Shown: piece by piece, positions 49,144 through 58,663 of the stretch
Numbering within the stretch: the first letter of the stretch is position 1
Layout: each line of letters starts with the position of its first letter
NCBI GenBank assembly: GCA_021781955.1
Contig: JAJXVV010000001.1
Coordinates: 26,688 to 90,687 of the forward strand
DNA from: a bacterium
Lineage (GTDB): Bacteria; Patescibacteriota; Minisyncoccia; Phycocordibacterales; UBA2100
DNA length: 64,000 nucleotides
Direction of reading: 5' to 3'
Program-made: the position numbers and the translations under genes
Notes under the pieces: generated by a model
Database searches by the model: none
What the model was told of the DNA's origin: nothing
The model's input: only the letters and a program-made list of their open reading frames with translations

Positions 49144-49941
49144 CTATAGATCAATATCTAATGAGATCGGACAGTGATCGGAACCCCCGAAATCAGCATG
49201 GATGCGAGCTGCCTTCACTCTGCTCCTGAGCGCCCTGCTCACGAAAAAGTAATCTATGCGCCATCCGATATTGCGCGCCCGGGCGTTGGCGAAATGACTC
49301 CACCATGTGTAGTGTCCGTTTCCTTTCGTGAACAAGCGAAATGAGTCGACGAAACCAGCGTCAATGATCGCGACTATTCCTTCGCGCTCTTCTTTCGTGT
49401 AGCCATGCTCCCCCTCATTTGCCTTCGGGTTCGCGAGGTCGTCAGGCGTGTGCGCCACGTTGAGATCGCCGCAGAAGACGACCGGCTTTGTCTGCTCGAG
49501 CAGTTTGCAAAATTCGAGGAATGCCGGATCCCAATGCTTATACCGCAGCGACAAGCGGCTTAAGTCTCCTTTCGAGTTGGGCGTGTAAACGGTGACGAGA
49601 AAGAAATGCTCGTATTCTGCCGCAATGACTCGGCCCTCTTCGTTGGGGTCGCCGTAACCGTCTTTCAGGTGGAACTTCTTCAGGATTTCGTCGGGGAAGC
49701 CGAATATAAGGCTCAAAGGCTGGACTTTTGAGAATATGGCCGTGCCAGCATACCCCTTGCGTCCTTTCGATGAGTTCCAGTATTCCTCGTATTCAGGAAA
49801 GTCGACCTCGGATTGGTGCTCCTGCGCCTTTGTCTCCTGCAGACAGAGGACATCCGGTTTCATCGTGCGCACGAGCTCCGCGAGCGTGCCTTTCTTGTGG
49901 ATGCTCCGTATGCCATTCACATTCCACGACACGAGTTTCAT
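49144..49941 (-). CDS. xth: exodeoxyribonuclease III
   Basis: MKLVSWNVNGIRS… and C-terminal …GGSDHCPISL… motifs of the ExoIII/APE1 family. Confidence 0.9.
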   Translation of the reverse strand: MKLVSWNVNGIRSIHKKGTLAELVRTMKPDVLCLQETKAQEHQSEVDFPEYEEYWNSSKGRKGYAGTAIFSKVQPLSLIFGFPDEILKKFHLKDGYGDPNEEGRVIAAEYEHFFLVTVYTPNSKGDLSRLSLRYKHWDPAFLEFCKLLEQTKPVVFCGDLNVAHTPDDLANPKANEGEHGYTKEEREGIVAIIDAGFVDSFRLFTKGNGHYTWWSHFANARARNIGWRIDYFFVSRALRSRVKAARIHADFGGSDHCPISLDIDL

Positions 49942-50076
49942 GACAGAACGATAGCACATGGCTTCGCTGAAAGATCCTCATGCGAGGATGATACTGCTCA
50001 TGCGGGCGAGCGCATGTCACCATGCGCATCGGGCAGCCCTTTCGTTCCACGCCGGCAAAGCTTACGAACGTTATAT

Positions 50077-50988
50077 TTACTGCCGCCGCTTTCCGTGGAA
50101 CGCCCTGTGCACCTCGCGCAGGTGTTTGTCGGTAACATGCGTGTACACCTGCGTGGTCGCGATATTGGCATGGCCGAGGAGCGCCTGCACTGAGCGCAGG
50201 TCGGCGCCGTTTTCGAGGAGATCGGTCGCGAAACTGTGTCGAATGACGTGCGGGGTCACCTTGCGAGTGATGCCTGCCTTGATCGCGTAACGCTTCACGA
50301 GCCGCTCTACCGAGCGCGGCGTAATGCGCGAAAGATCCTTACCTTTCGGCCCGCCGAGACCGTACGATACGAAGAGAGCCTCGCTCATGTCGCCGCGCGC
50401 CTTGAGATATGCGCTGATGGAAGCTTTCGCTGAAGGGGAGATGAAGACGACGCGCACCTTATCGCCCTTGCCGCGCACGGAAAATTCGTCGCGCGAGAGA
50501 TCGAGGTCCGCATTGAGCGAGCAAAGCTCTGAGACGCGCAGGCCGGTCGAGAAAAGGAGCTCGAGCATCGCTTTGTCGCGAAGCGATATCAGATCATCGC
50601 CTTTCGGCATGGCCATGAGGCGCTCAAGTTCGTTGGCAGTGATGAGATCGAGGTCGCGTCCGCCCACCTTGGCAAGCTCGATGCGCTCCGGAGAGAGCGA
50701 CTCGATGCCTTGTTTGCGCAGATATTTGAGGAACGCGCGCAATGCAATGAGGTAGTAGTTCTGTGTCTTTCTCTTCATGCCGCCCGCAGTGCCGGGCTGC
50801 CGATTGAGCCACAGGCGGAACTCGCGCACCATTGGCTCGGTGAGTTTTTGCGGCGAGGTGACCTTGGAGCGGGCGAGGAATCGCGTGAGATAACGGTCGT
50901 AGTTCTCGACAGTCTTGACGCTGCGGCCTTTTTCTATCTCAAGATACTCGAGGAACTGCGTTTTCAACGCTTTGAGGTCGGCCGCCAT
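50077..50988 (-). CDS. xerC: tyrosine site-specific recombinase XerC/XerD
   Basis: N-terminal SAM-like domain. C-terminal R…HxxR…Y with HVIRHSFATDLLENGADLRSVQALLGHANIATTQVYTHV. Confidence 0.9.
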   Translation of the reverse strand: MAADLKALKTQFLEYLEIEKGRSVKTVENYDRYLTRFLARSKVTSPQKLTEPMVREFRLWLNRQPGTAGGMKRKTQNYYLIALRAFLKYLRKQGIESLSPERIELAKVGGRDLDLITANELERLMAMPKGDDLISLRDKAMLELLFSTGLRVSELCSLNADLDLSRDEFSVRGKGDKVRVVFISPSAKASISAYLKARGDMSEALFVSYGLGGPKGKDLSRITPRSVERLVKRYAIKAGITRKVTPHVIRHSFATDLLENGADLRSVQALLGHANIATTQVYTHVTDKHLREVHRAFHGKRRQ

Positions 50989-51028
50989 GGGTTAATTGTA
51001 CCGCACGATATTGTGCGACGTATCAGAT

Positions 51029-51667
51029 TCAGAATTCGCGCGCCTCCCCGTCCTTGAGCTCCACGAACGTTGTCTCCGGTACGAACATCGAGAGCATCCG
51101 GTACATAAGACCGCGCGATGGCGGCATGATCATGCCGTCGTGTACGCCGAACGCGGTACGCGCCTTCACGATCTTCGCGAAATCAATCGCCATCGACACT
51201 TTCATCCACGGCCCGGCAATCGGGAGCGCGAGGATATCGACGGACTTGCGCGGATGGTGGAAATTATCGCCGGGGAAGTAGAACGTGCCCGCCACAAGAT
51301 AGCCGGTGTTCTCGACGAGGCCGAACTCCTCATAGATGGGTGCGTGGTCCTTTCCAAACCCTTCAATTGAGACGCCCTTCACGGCGATCGACTGCCCGTC
51401 GCCCACGATGGTCGTCTTGACGCCTTTCTCGGCAAGGATCTTCGCGACGCTCGCATTGGAAATGACCTCCGCGCCGGGATTGTCCTTGAGCAGCCGCTCG
51501 ACCGACTCGACATGGAGGTGGTCCGCATGCTCATGGGTAATGAGTATCGCGTCGAGATCGGTCAATCCGGCCTGCTCTTTTACGGTGTACGTGCCTGGGT
51601 CAGTAAGCAGCTTGACGCCATCTAATTCCACAACCAGCGCGCAATGTCCGAGCTTGGTTATCTTCAT
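51029..51667 (-). CDS. MBL-fold metallo-hydrolase
   Basis: ILITHEHADHLH (HxHxDH) motif intact. 212 aa. Confidence 0.8.
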   Translation of the reverse strand: MKITKLGHCALVVELDGVKLLTDPGTYTVKEQAGLTDLDAILITHEHADHLHVESVERLLKDNPGAEVISNASVAKILAEKGVKTTIVGDGQSIAVKGVSIEGFGKDHAPIYEEFGLVENTGYLVAGTFYFPGDNFHHPRKSVDILALPIAGPWMKVSMAIDFAKIVKARTAFGVHDGMIMPPSRGLMYRMLSMFVPETTFVELKDGEAREF

Positions 51668-51686
51668 CGGAGCAGTATAGCAAAAT

Positions 51687-52853
51687 CTATTTCAAATATT
51701 TTTTCTTCTTGAGCTTGTCCGGCAAATACGACTCTTTGTCGTACAGCTCATAACCTTTGTGATATCCGAGCTCCTTCATGAGCTTCGTGGGTGCGTTGCG
51801 GACTTTCATCGGGATGGGGAGGTTGCCGTGCTTCAGCGCGTCGGCGAGCGCCTCAAAATAGGCGTCGTAGCTCTCGCGGCTCTTCTTGCAGGTAGCGAGG
51901 TAAGCCGCGCCGTGCGCGAGGTTGATCTGCGCTTCGGGGTAGCCGACCGTCTCGCACGCGCGGAAGACCGCGTTGGCAACGACGAGCGCGGTCGGCTGCG
52001 CCAGGCCGATATCCTCGCTCGCGAATATAACCATGCGCCGAGCGATAAAGAGCGGATCTTCACCCGCGCCTACCATGCGCGCCAAATAATAGAGCGCCGC
52101 ATCAGGCTGGCTTGCCCGCAAGCTTTTGATGAACGCAGATATCGTGTTGTGGTGCTCTTCGCCTTTCTTGTCATAGCGAAGGTACCTCGATTGCACCGCC
52201 TCTTTGAGCGTGCCAAGCGTGGCCTTGCCGTAGAGTTTGTTTGCGGTCTCGAGCACGGTGATGGCTTGACGCGCATCGCCGACTGCCATGCGCACGAGCC
52301 AGCTACGCGCGTCTTTCGGCACCTTGATCTTCGTGCGGGCGATGATCTTCGCCATGTCGTCGTCGGTGTGTCCATTGAGCACGAAAACGCGGCAGCGTGA
52401 CAGGAGGGGAGCGATGATTTCGAACGAAGGGTTTTCGGTGGTCGCGCCGATGAGCGTGAGGCCGCCGCGCTCGACGAAGGGGAGCAGAAAATCCTGCTGC
52501 GCCTTGTTGAAGCGGTGGATCTCGTCTACGAAGAGAACCTTCGGCTTCTCGAATCCGAGCGTGGGGGACCCAGAGGACCGTCCTCTGGGTTCTGCAGGAC
52601 TTCCGATGATTTTCTTGATATCCTCTTTGCTCGCGTCAACTGCCGAGAGTTCGTGGGACTCCGCGCCGAGCGCAGAGGCGTAGATACGCGCGAGCGTCGT
52701 CTTGCCGCTCCCCGGCGGACCCCATAAGATGAGTGAGAGCAACTCCTTCTTCTCTACCGCCACTCGCAATGGCTTGCCCGCCCCGATGAGATGTTCTTGC
52801 CCTACGAACTCATCGAGCGAACGCGGACGGATGGCCGATGCAAGTGGTTCCAT
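51687..52853 (-). CDS. rarA: replication-associated recombination protein A (AAA+ ATPase RarA/MgsA)
   Basis: Walker A GPPGSGKTTLARIYA, Walker B VLFVDEIHRFNKAQQD, sensor and C-terminal MgsA domains. Contains an approximately 8-aa in-frame insertion encoded by the palindromic element at 52567-52592. Confidence 0.85.
   Translation of the reverse strand: MEPLASAIRPRSLDEFVGQEHLIGAGKPLRVAVEKKELLSLILWGPPGSGKTTLARIYASALGAESHELSAVDASKEDIKKIIGSPAEPRGRSSGSPTLGFEKPKVLFVDEIHRFNKAQQDFLLPFVERGGLTLIGATTENPSFEIIAPLLSRCRVFVLNGHTDDDMAKIIARTKIKVPKDARSWLVRMAVGDARQAITVLETANKLYGKATLGTLKEAVQSRYLRYDKKGEEHHNTISAFIKSLRASQPDAALYYLARMVGAGEDPLFIARRMVIFASEDIGLAQPTALVVANAVFRACETVGYPEAQINLAHGAAYLATCKKSRESYDAYFEALADALKHGNLPIPMKVRNAPTKLMKELGYHKGYELYDKESYLPDKLKKKKYLK
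52567..52592. repeat. single copy of palindromic mini-element CCCAGAGGACCGTCCTCTGGG inserted in-frame within rarA
   Basis: Identical 21-mer to the arms at 3826-3882. Encodes the extra …EPRGRSSG… loop between the Walker A-proximal helix and Walker B, absent from canonical RarA. Confidence 0.75.
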
Positions 52854-52962
52854 ACCATGGATTGTATTCCTCAACGTGCCTTGTGCCCAATCGGCTCGCC
52901 TGCCCGGATACACTTACGCGTTATGCACAGGGTGCGGCTTTGCGCCCGAGGCGGGCGAGAGT

Positions 52963-53520
52963 ATGATGGGACGTATGAATACGAAAATAATCGTAGGTCT
53001 TATCATTGCTGTTATTATAGTGCTTGCGGGTGGTTATTTTGTCGCGAAATCCATGGGTGGCAGCACGCCAGCTCCGCAATCGCAGCAACAGCAGGCGCAA
53101 GCGCCCAGTACCGCTTCGACCACGCCGCAAGTGCAGGGACAAGACGTGAAAGTAGGTACCGGCGCCCAGGCGCAGCCGGGCGACACGATATCCGTCCTCT
53201 ACGTCGGCAAGCTGCCTGATGGTACGGTGTTCGACTCCTCTGCGGCACACAACAACCAGCCGCTCACGTTCGTCCTTGGCTCGCAGGGCCTCATTCCTGG
53301 CTTTCAGATCGGCGTCAACGGCATGAAAGTCGGCGGCGAACGTCTCCTTGCGATCCCGCCTGAGCTCGGCTACGGCTCTCAGGACGTGAAGGACTCGACC
53401 GGCAAGGTCATCATCCCAGCCAATTCGACCCTCGTTTTCGACGTGCAGCTCGTAAAAGTGACCGCCGGAACTTCGACCCCGTCGACCGCGACTCCCTCGA
53501 CCGGTACGACCGCGAAATAA
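52963..53520 (+). CDS. membrane-anchored FKBP-type peptidyl-prolyl cis-trans isomerase
   Basis: N-terminal TM helix and Gln-rich linker, then GDTISVLYVGKLPDGTVFDSS…LIPGFQIGVNGMKVGGERLLAIPPELGYG…LVFDVQLVKV FKBP signature. A terminator-like hairpin lies at 53547-53575. Confidence 0.85.
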   Translation: MMGRMNTKIIVGLIIAVIIVLAGGYFVAKSMGGSTPAPQSQQQQAQAPSTASTTPQVQGQDVKVGTGAQAQPGDTISVLYVGKLPDGTVFDSSAAHNNQPLTFVLGSQGLIPGFQIGVNGMKVGGERLLAIPPELGYGSQDVKDSTGKVIIPANSTLVFDVQLVKVTAGTSTPSTATPSTGTTAK

Positions 53521-53608
53521 CGATTAGACGCGACTCGCTCTCTTGACCCGGCCGTTCCTAGCGGCCGGGTTCTTGCGCTTTCCTAAGTAATGTGATATCA
53601 TCGCGCTC

Positions 53609-53875
53609 ATGCTTACCAAGCGAAAGAAAGCGAACGCCATCGCCATGGCCAGCCGCCACGATGCCGACACCGGATCGCCTGAGGCGCAGGTCGCGATACT
53701 CACGCGCCGCATTGAAGAGCTTTCGGCCCATTTGGACAAGAACCGCAAGGATAAACATAGCCGCCGCGGTCTCCTGGGCCTCGTCGCCGATCGCCGCAAG
53801 CATCTCAAGTACCTCGAGTCGACCAATAAGCGCCAGTACGCAACGCTCATCAAGAAGCTCGGCCTCAAGAAGTAG
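53609..53875 (+). CDS. rpsO: 30S ribosomal protein S15
   Basis: 88 aa. …GSPEAQVAILTRRIEELSAHLDKNRKDKHSRRGLLGLVADRRKHLKYL… matches S15. Confidence 0.95.
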   Translation: MLTKRKKANAIAMASRHDADTGSPEAQVAILTRRIEELSAHLDKNRKDKHSRRGLLGLVADRRKHLKYLESTNKRQYATLIKKLGLKK

Positions 53876-53965
53876 GAGCGGCATCGTTTTGTAAGCTATA
53901 ATCCCGATTAGCGGGATTTAATAAATTCACGAACGGCTAATCCGTCGTGGCTAAGTTCCATTTTT

Positions 53966-54574
53966 ATGTCTATTATCAAACACTCTGAACAGCGGGTCGG
54001 CGTCTTCATCGACACACAGAACCTCTATCACAGCGCGAAGAACATCTATCACGCTCGGGTCAATTTCGGCAACGTGCTCAAGGACGCCGTCGCCGGACGC
54101 CGCCTCGTGCGTGCGCTCGCGTACGCCGTCACCACCGAAAGCGGCGAGGAGAAAGGCTTTTTCGACGCGCTCGCCAAAGTCGGCGTTGAAATGCGCCTTA
54201 AGGAGCTCCAGATCTTCTCGGGCGGCGCCAAAAAAGCCGACTGGGACGTTGGGCTCGCGGTCGACGCCATTACCGCCTCGCCTCGGCTCGACACGGTCAT
54301 CCTCCTCACGGGGGACGGCGATTTCGTGCCGCTCGTGCGCTACCTCCAGAACCATGGCGGCTGCCAGGTGGAGGTGGTCTCGTTCGGCCGCTCCTCCTCG
54401 CTCAAGCTCAAAGAGGCGGCCGATGACTTCCTCGACCTCGATCAAGACCCGCGCCGCTACCTCATGAACTATCGCGGGGGCGGCCGCGCTTCGCGCGGCC
54501 GCAGCCCGTCCTCATCCCCCCGCGACGTCGCGGTCTCCGCGCCGAAAGATTCGATCGTGGAGGATGATGAGTAG
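53966..54574 (+). CDS. NYN-domain (LabA/YacP-like) protein
   Basis: VGVFIDTQNLYHSAKN… and …LLTGDGDFVPLV… are conserved NYN acidic-residue motifs. Located between rpsO and pnp. Confidence 0.75.
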   Translation: MSIIKHSEQRVGVFIDTQNLYHSAKNIYHARVNFGNVLKDAVAGRRLVRALAYAVTTESGEEKGFFDALAKVGVEMRLKELQIFSGGAKKADWDVGLAVDAITASPRLDTVILLTGDGDFVPLVRYLQNHGGCQVEVVSFGRSSSLKLKEAADDFLDLDQDPRRYLMNYRGGGRASRGRSPSSSPRDVAVSAPKDSIVEDDE

Positions 54575-54588
54575 TTCGCTACGCTACG

Positions 54589-54623
54589 AGCGCCGCGCGG
54601 CTTTGCCGCGCGGCGCTTTTCTG
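54589..54623 (+). terminator. rho-independent terminator
   Basis: GCGCCGCGCGG CTTTG CCGCGCGGCGC followed by TTTTCT. Confidence 0.65.
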
Positions 54624-54725
54624 TTACAGTTCGTGCATACAAGATAACCGTGGCGATCGGATAGGCAGCTTGCCCCGAGGAAATCGAGGGGTGGGGCTGA
54701 AATCCGGGCGTCACCCAACAGTAGA

Positions 54726-56912
54726 ATGCAGAAAAAAGAATACTCGCTTGAGCTCGCGGGCAAAACGATGACTGCGGAGTTCAATGACTGGGCCGACCAG
54801 ACCAACGGCTCGGTCCTCTTGCGCTACGGCAACAGCGCGGTCTTCGCGACCGTCGTCATGGGCAGCAAGGATTCCGATAAAGATTATTTCCCGCTCTCGG
54901 TCGAGTACGAGGAGAAATTCTATGCGGTGGGCGCCATCTTGGGCTCGCGCTTCATGCGTCGTGAAGGGCGTCCGTCCGATGAGGCCGTGCTTTCCGGCCG
55001 CATCGTCGATCGCACCATCCGTCCACTCTTCCCAAAGGGCTTGAAGCGCGACGTACAGGTCATCATCACCGTGCTCTCGATCGAGGACTACGACACCGAC
55101 ATCCTCGCGGTCAACGCCGCGTCGCTCGCGATCGCAACTTCCAACATCCCGTGGAACGGCCCCGTCTCGGCGATACGCATCGGGCTCGAGGACGGCAGCG
55201 ACGAGCTCATCGTCAACCCGACCTACGGCCAGCGCCAGGACGAGCTGCCGCCGAAGGCGCGCATGGACCTCACGGTCTCCGGCAAGGACGGCATGGTCAA
55301 TATGATCGAGGTCAACGCGCGCGAGGTGGGCGAGGACACACTCAACAAAGCGCTCGCGAAGGCGAGCGAGGAGATCGAGAAGATCCAGGCATGGCAGAAG
55401 ATGATCGTGAAAGAGCGCGGCGTCGAAAAAGCGGCTTTCATTGCCCCGACCGACACGTCGGAGCTGCCGCCCGCCTTCGACGAACTCATCGTGCCGAGAC
55501 TGCGAGCGACCGGCGGCCGCATCGACAAAAAAGAGATGGGCGCTCTCAAGAACGAATGGCTCGCAGAAACGACGCTCAAGTTCCCCGAACTGAAGCCGCA
55601 GATCACCGACGGCTACTTCGAGTTCCGCATGGATGCGTATGTGCACGACCTCGCCATTCATGAGGGCAAGCGCGTGGATGGCCGCGCGCTCGACGAGATA
55701 CGTCCGCTCTACGCACAGGCCGGCGGCATATCGCCAATCATCCACGGCACTGGTCTCTTCTACCGAGGAGAGACGCACGTATTGGCAGCGCTCACCTTGG
55801 GCGGCCCGGGCGACGCGCAGCTCCTCGACACCATTGAATTCCAGGACAAAAAGAAGACTTTCATGCTCCACTATAACTTCCCGCCTTTCTCGGTAGGGGA
55901 AACGGGACGCGTCGGCGGCATGAACCGCCGCATGATCGGCCATGGCGCGCTCGCGGAAAAATCCCTACGCGCCGTGCTGCCAGCGAAAGAGGCGTTCCCT
56001 TACACCATCCGCATCGTCGCCGATTGCCTCGCCTCGAACGGCTCGACCTCGATGGCGAGCGTGTGCGCGGGGACGCTCGCGCTCATGGACGCTGGCGTCC
56101 CCATCACGAAACCGGTCGCAGGCATCGCGATGGGCATGATGTCCGACTCGAAAGCTGGCGTCTACAAGGTCCTCACCGACATCCAGGGGCCCGAAGACCA
56201 CCACGGCGACATGGACTTCAAGGTCGCCGGGACCAAAGACGGCGTGACCGGCGTGCAGATGGACGTGAAAGTGGATGGCGTCCCGCTCAAAGTGCTCGCC
56301 GAAGCGTTCGCCCAAGCGAAGAAAGCGCGCCTCCAGATACTTGAGGTCATTATGGACGCGCTCCCGGCACCCCGCGCCGACATCTCACCGCGCGCGCCGA
56401 AAATCCTCAGCACGAAGGTGAAAGTCGACCAGATCGGCCTCGTTATCGGCCCCGGCGGTAAGACGATCAACGGTATCCGCGAAAAGACCGGTGCCGAGGA
56501 CATCACCATCGAAGAGGATGGCACGATATTCATCACCGGCAAGATGGGCGCTGCCGAAGCGGCGCTCAAGGAAATCACCGACCTCACGCGCGAGTACGAG
56601 GTGGGCGATCGTTTCGAAGGTCCCGTCGTCCGCATGATGGACTTCGGCGCCTTCGTGAAGATCGGCCCCAACCAGGACGGCCTCGTCCACGTCTCCGAGG
56701 TCGCGCCGTTCCGTATCGGCAACATTTCCGATGCGCTGCACGTCGGCGACGTCGTGCCGGTCGTTCTGAAGGAGATCGATGAAAAAGGACGCTATAATCT
56801 CTCTATCAAAGCCGCCGATCCGCATTGGGCAGAACAGCATGGCCTGACGCCGGATCAGGGTGGTGGAGAATCACATGGCAGACGAGAAAGAGGTCCGCGC
56901 AGACACATCTAG
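54726..56912 (+). CDS. pnp: polyribonucleotide nucleotidyltransferase (PNPase)
   Basis: Two RNase PH domains, KH and S1 domains. 728 aa. Confidence 0.95.
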   Translation: MQKKEYSLELAGKTMTAEFNDWADQTNGSVLLRYGNSAVFATVVMGSKDSDKDYFPLSVEYEEKFYAVGAILGSRFMRREGRPSDEAVLSGRIVDRTIRPLFPKGLKRDVQVIITVLSIEDYDTDILAVNAASLAIATSNIPWNGPVSAIRIGLEDGSDELIVNPTYGQRQDELPPKARMDLTVSGKDGMVNMIEVNAREVGEDTLNKALAKASEEIEKIQAWQKMIVKERGVEKAAFIAPTDTSELPPAFDELIVPRLRATGGRIDKKEMGALKNEWLAETTLKFPELKPQITDGYFEFRMDAYVHDLAIHEGKRVDGRALDEIRPLYAQAGGISPIIHGTGLFYRGETHVLAALTLGGPGDAQLLDTIEFQDKKKTFMLHYNFPPFSVGETGRVGGMNRRMIGHGALAEKSLRAVLPAKEAFPYTIRIVADCLASNGSTSMASVCAGTLALMDAGVPITKPVAGIAMGMMSDSKAGVYKVLTDIQGPEDHHGDMDFKVAGTKDGVTGVQMDVKVDGVPLKVLAEAFAQAKKARLQILEVIMDALPAPRADISPRAPKILSTKVKVDQIGLVIGPGGKTINGIREKTGAEDITIEEDGTIFITGKMGAAEAALKEITDLTREYEVGDRFEGPVVRMMDFGAFVKIGPNQDGLVHVSEVAPFRIGNISDALHVGDVVPVVLKEIDEKGRYNLSIKAADPHWAEQHGLTPDQGGGESHGRRERGPRRHI

Positions 56913-58170
56913 CAAGCCGCCTGTTCCCGTGGGCATTTCCGACACGCCGGCAACGATTCCGGCCAATGATGCTTCAGCGCTGCCGGAGCGCGAGAACTTC
57001 GCGCCCCTGCGCTCGTTCGCGGTTCCGCCTCCGCCTTCCGAGCACGGACTGAGCGGCGACATCGCCCAGATCCTCGAGGAGGTGAAGCTGCCCGAACGCC
57101 GCACGCCGTCCGCAGGGAAGCCGATCGAGAACAAAGCAACCATATTCGATACGCTTTCGGGAGCGCCGCGCGCGACGACCGAGCCGACCGATGCGGCCAA
57201 TGCGAGTCCCGCGATACCGGTGATGTCGCGCGATGCGCAGTCTTCCGCCGGGGCCGCCGTGCAGACGGAGGACGACTCGCTCTCGCCCGTCGCGTCGGTG
57301 CACACGCTTAAGGACGACCTGCAGGCGGTGGTACGAGAGCAAAAGATGTCGCTCGTGCGTGCCGTATCACTTGAGGAGGAGCGCCGCGCGAGGGAAAAAC
57401 AGCAGACCGAAAATGCCGACATGCCGGTTCACGCCGAAGGTCACTACGCGCGTACGATCCTGCTTTCGGCTGCGTTGCTCGCGTTCGTCGGCGCGGGCGC
57501 GCTCTTTTTCGTATACGATTCGATACTGGGCCGCGCGGCAGCGCCGCCCGTTGTACAGAATGGCTCGCTGCTTTTCGCGGAGAACTCCGTTTCATTCTCT
57601 ATCGATGGCCAGACGCCGACATCGCTGAAACAGTCGCTCGCGACGGCCCTGGAGACTTCCCAGGGCGCGCTCGGATCCATCACGCAACTCATTCCAACGA
57701 CGAGCACGACGACTCCGGGCGGCACGACACGAACGCGCCCCGCGACGTTCGCCGAATTCATGCAGGCGATCGGCGCGCACCCGCCAGACGAACTCGTGCG
57801 CGCACTTTCCAATACGTTCTTCTTCGGCGTGCACTCGGTCGACACGAACGTTCCGGTGCTCGTCATTCCCGTCACTTCGTACGATCACGCCTTCGCGGGC
57901 ATGCTCGCGTGGGAACCGACCATGAACGCGGACCTGGCGCCCATCTACGCGGCAGTGCCTGCGACCAGGCTCAATCAGAACGGCCTGCCGACCAGCCGCA
58001 CATTCCAGGACCTCACCATCCGCAACTACGATGTGCGCGCCCTCGAGGACGACCACGGCACCGTCAAGCTCTACTACTCGTTCCCGTCGCAACAGATCCT
58101 CATCATCGCGCAGAGCCCATACAGCTTCTCGGAAGTCTTGAGTCGCCTTCAGGCCGCGCGGGAACTTTAA
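56875..58170 (+). CDS. hypothetical membrane-anchored protein (acidic, Pro-rich N-terminal region; one TM; C-terminal globular domain)
   Basis: About 431 aa. TM helix ARTILLSAALLAFVGAGALFFVY. No recognisable family. Start overlaps the pnp 3' end. Confidence 0.45.
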   Translation: MADEKEVRADTSSKPPVPVGISDTPATIPANDASALPERENFAPLRSFAVPPPPSEHGLSGDIAQILEEVKLPERRTPSAGKPIENKATIFDTLSGAPRATTEPTDAANASPAIPVMSRDAQSSAGAAVQTEDDSLSPVASVHTLKDDLQAVVREQKMSLVRAVSLEEERRAREKQQTENADMPVHAEGHYARTILLSAALLAFVGAGALFFVYDSILGRAAAPPVVQNGSLLFAENSVSFSIDGQTPTSLKQSLATALETSQGALGSITQLIPTTSTTTPGGTTRTRPATFAEFMQAIGAHPPDELVRALSNTFFFGVHSVDTNVPVLVIPVTSYDHAFAGMLAWEPTMNADLAPIYAAVPATRLNQNGLPTSRTFQDLTIRNYDVRALEDDHGTVKLYYSFPSQQILIIAQSPYSFSEVLSRLQAAREL

Positions 58171-58217
58171 CGCGGTACCGGTTGTCGACAATAAAGTGCG
58201 CGGGGTATACTGACGGC

Positions 58218-58595
58218 ATGGGAAAGAAAGCGGCGGCGGAAGGGGTGCTCACTGAAGCTGAACTCGACGAGCTGCGCGGCGCGCTCGAGGCGGAAAAAGA
58301 CGCTCTCGACGAGGAGCTCGCGACGCACGGCAAGCAGGCTAACGGTAACTGGCAAGGCTCGTCTGAGAGCGAAGGGGAGGAGGCGGATTTTACGGACGCG
58401 GCGGGCAATATCGAAGAGCTCGGCGTGAACGTGCCATTCGTCGCGGAGCTCAACGAGCGCCGCAAGGAGATCGAAGCGGCGCTTGAGCGCATGAAGCACG
58501 GGATGTACGGCATCTGTGAACTCTGCAGCGAACCGATACCGTTCGATCGTCTCGAAGCCAATCCCGCCGCCAAAGCATGCGTTGAGCACTCGTAG
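58218..58595 (+). CDS. DksA/TraR-family C4-type zinc-finger protein
   Basis: C-terminal CELCSEPIPFDRLEANPAAKACVEH (CxxC…CxxH/C) with a preceding coiled-coil, typical of the DksA/TraR family. Confidence 0.8.
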   Translation: MGKKAAAEGVLTEAELDELRGALEAEKDALDEELATHGKQANGNWQGSSESEGEEADFTDAAGNIEELGVNVPFVAELNERRKEIEAALERMKHGMYGICELCSEPIPFDRLEANPAAKACVEHS

Positions 58596-58663
58596 GCGAT
58601 TTGCACAGCCGCGACGCGATGCGGCCGTCCTTGGGCCGGCCGTTCTGCTACAATGATCGCACT

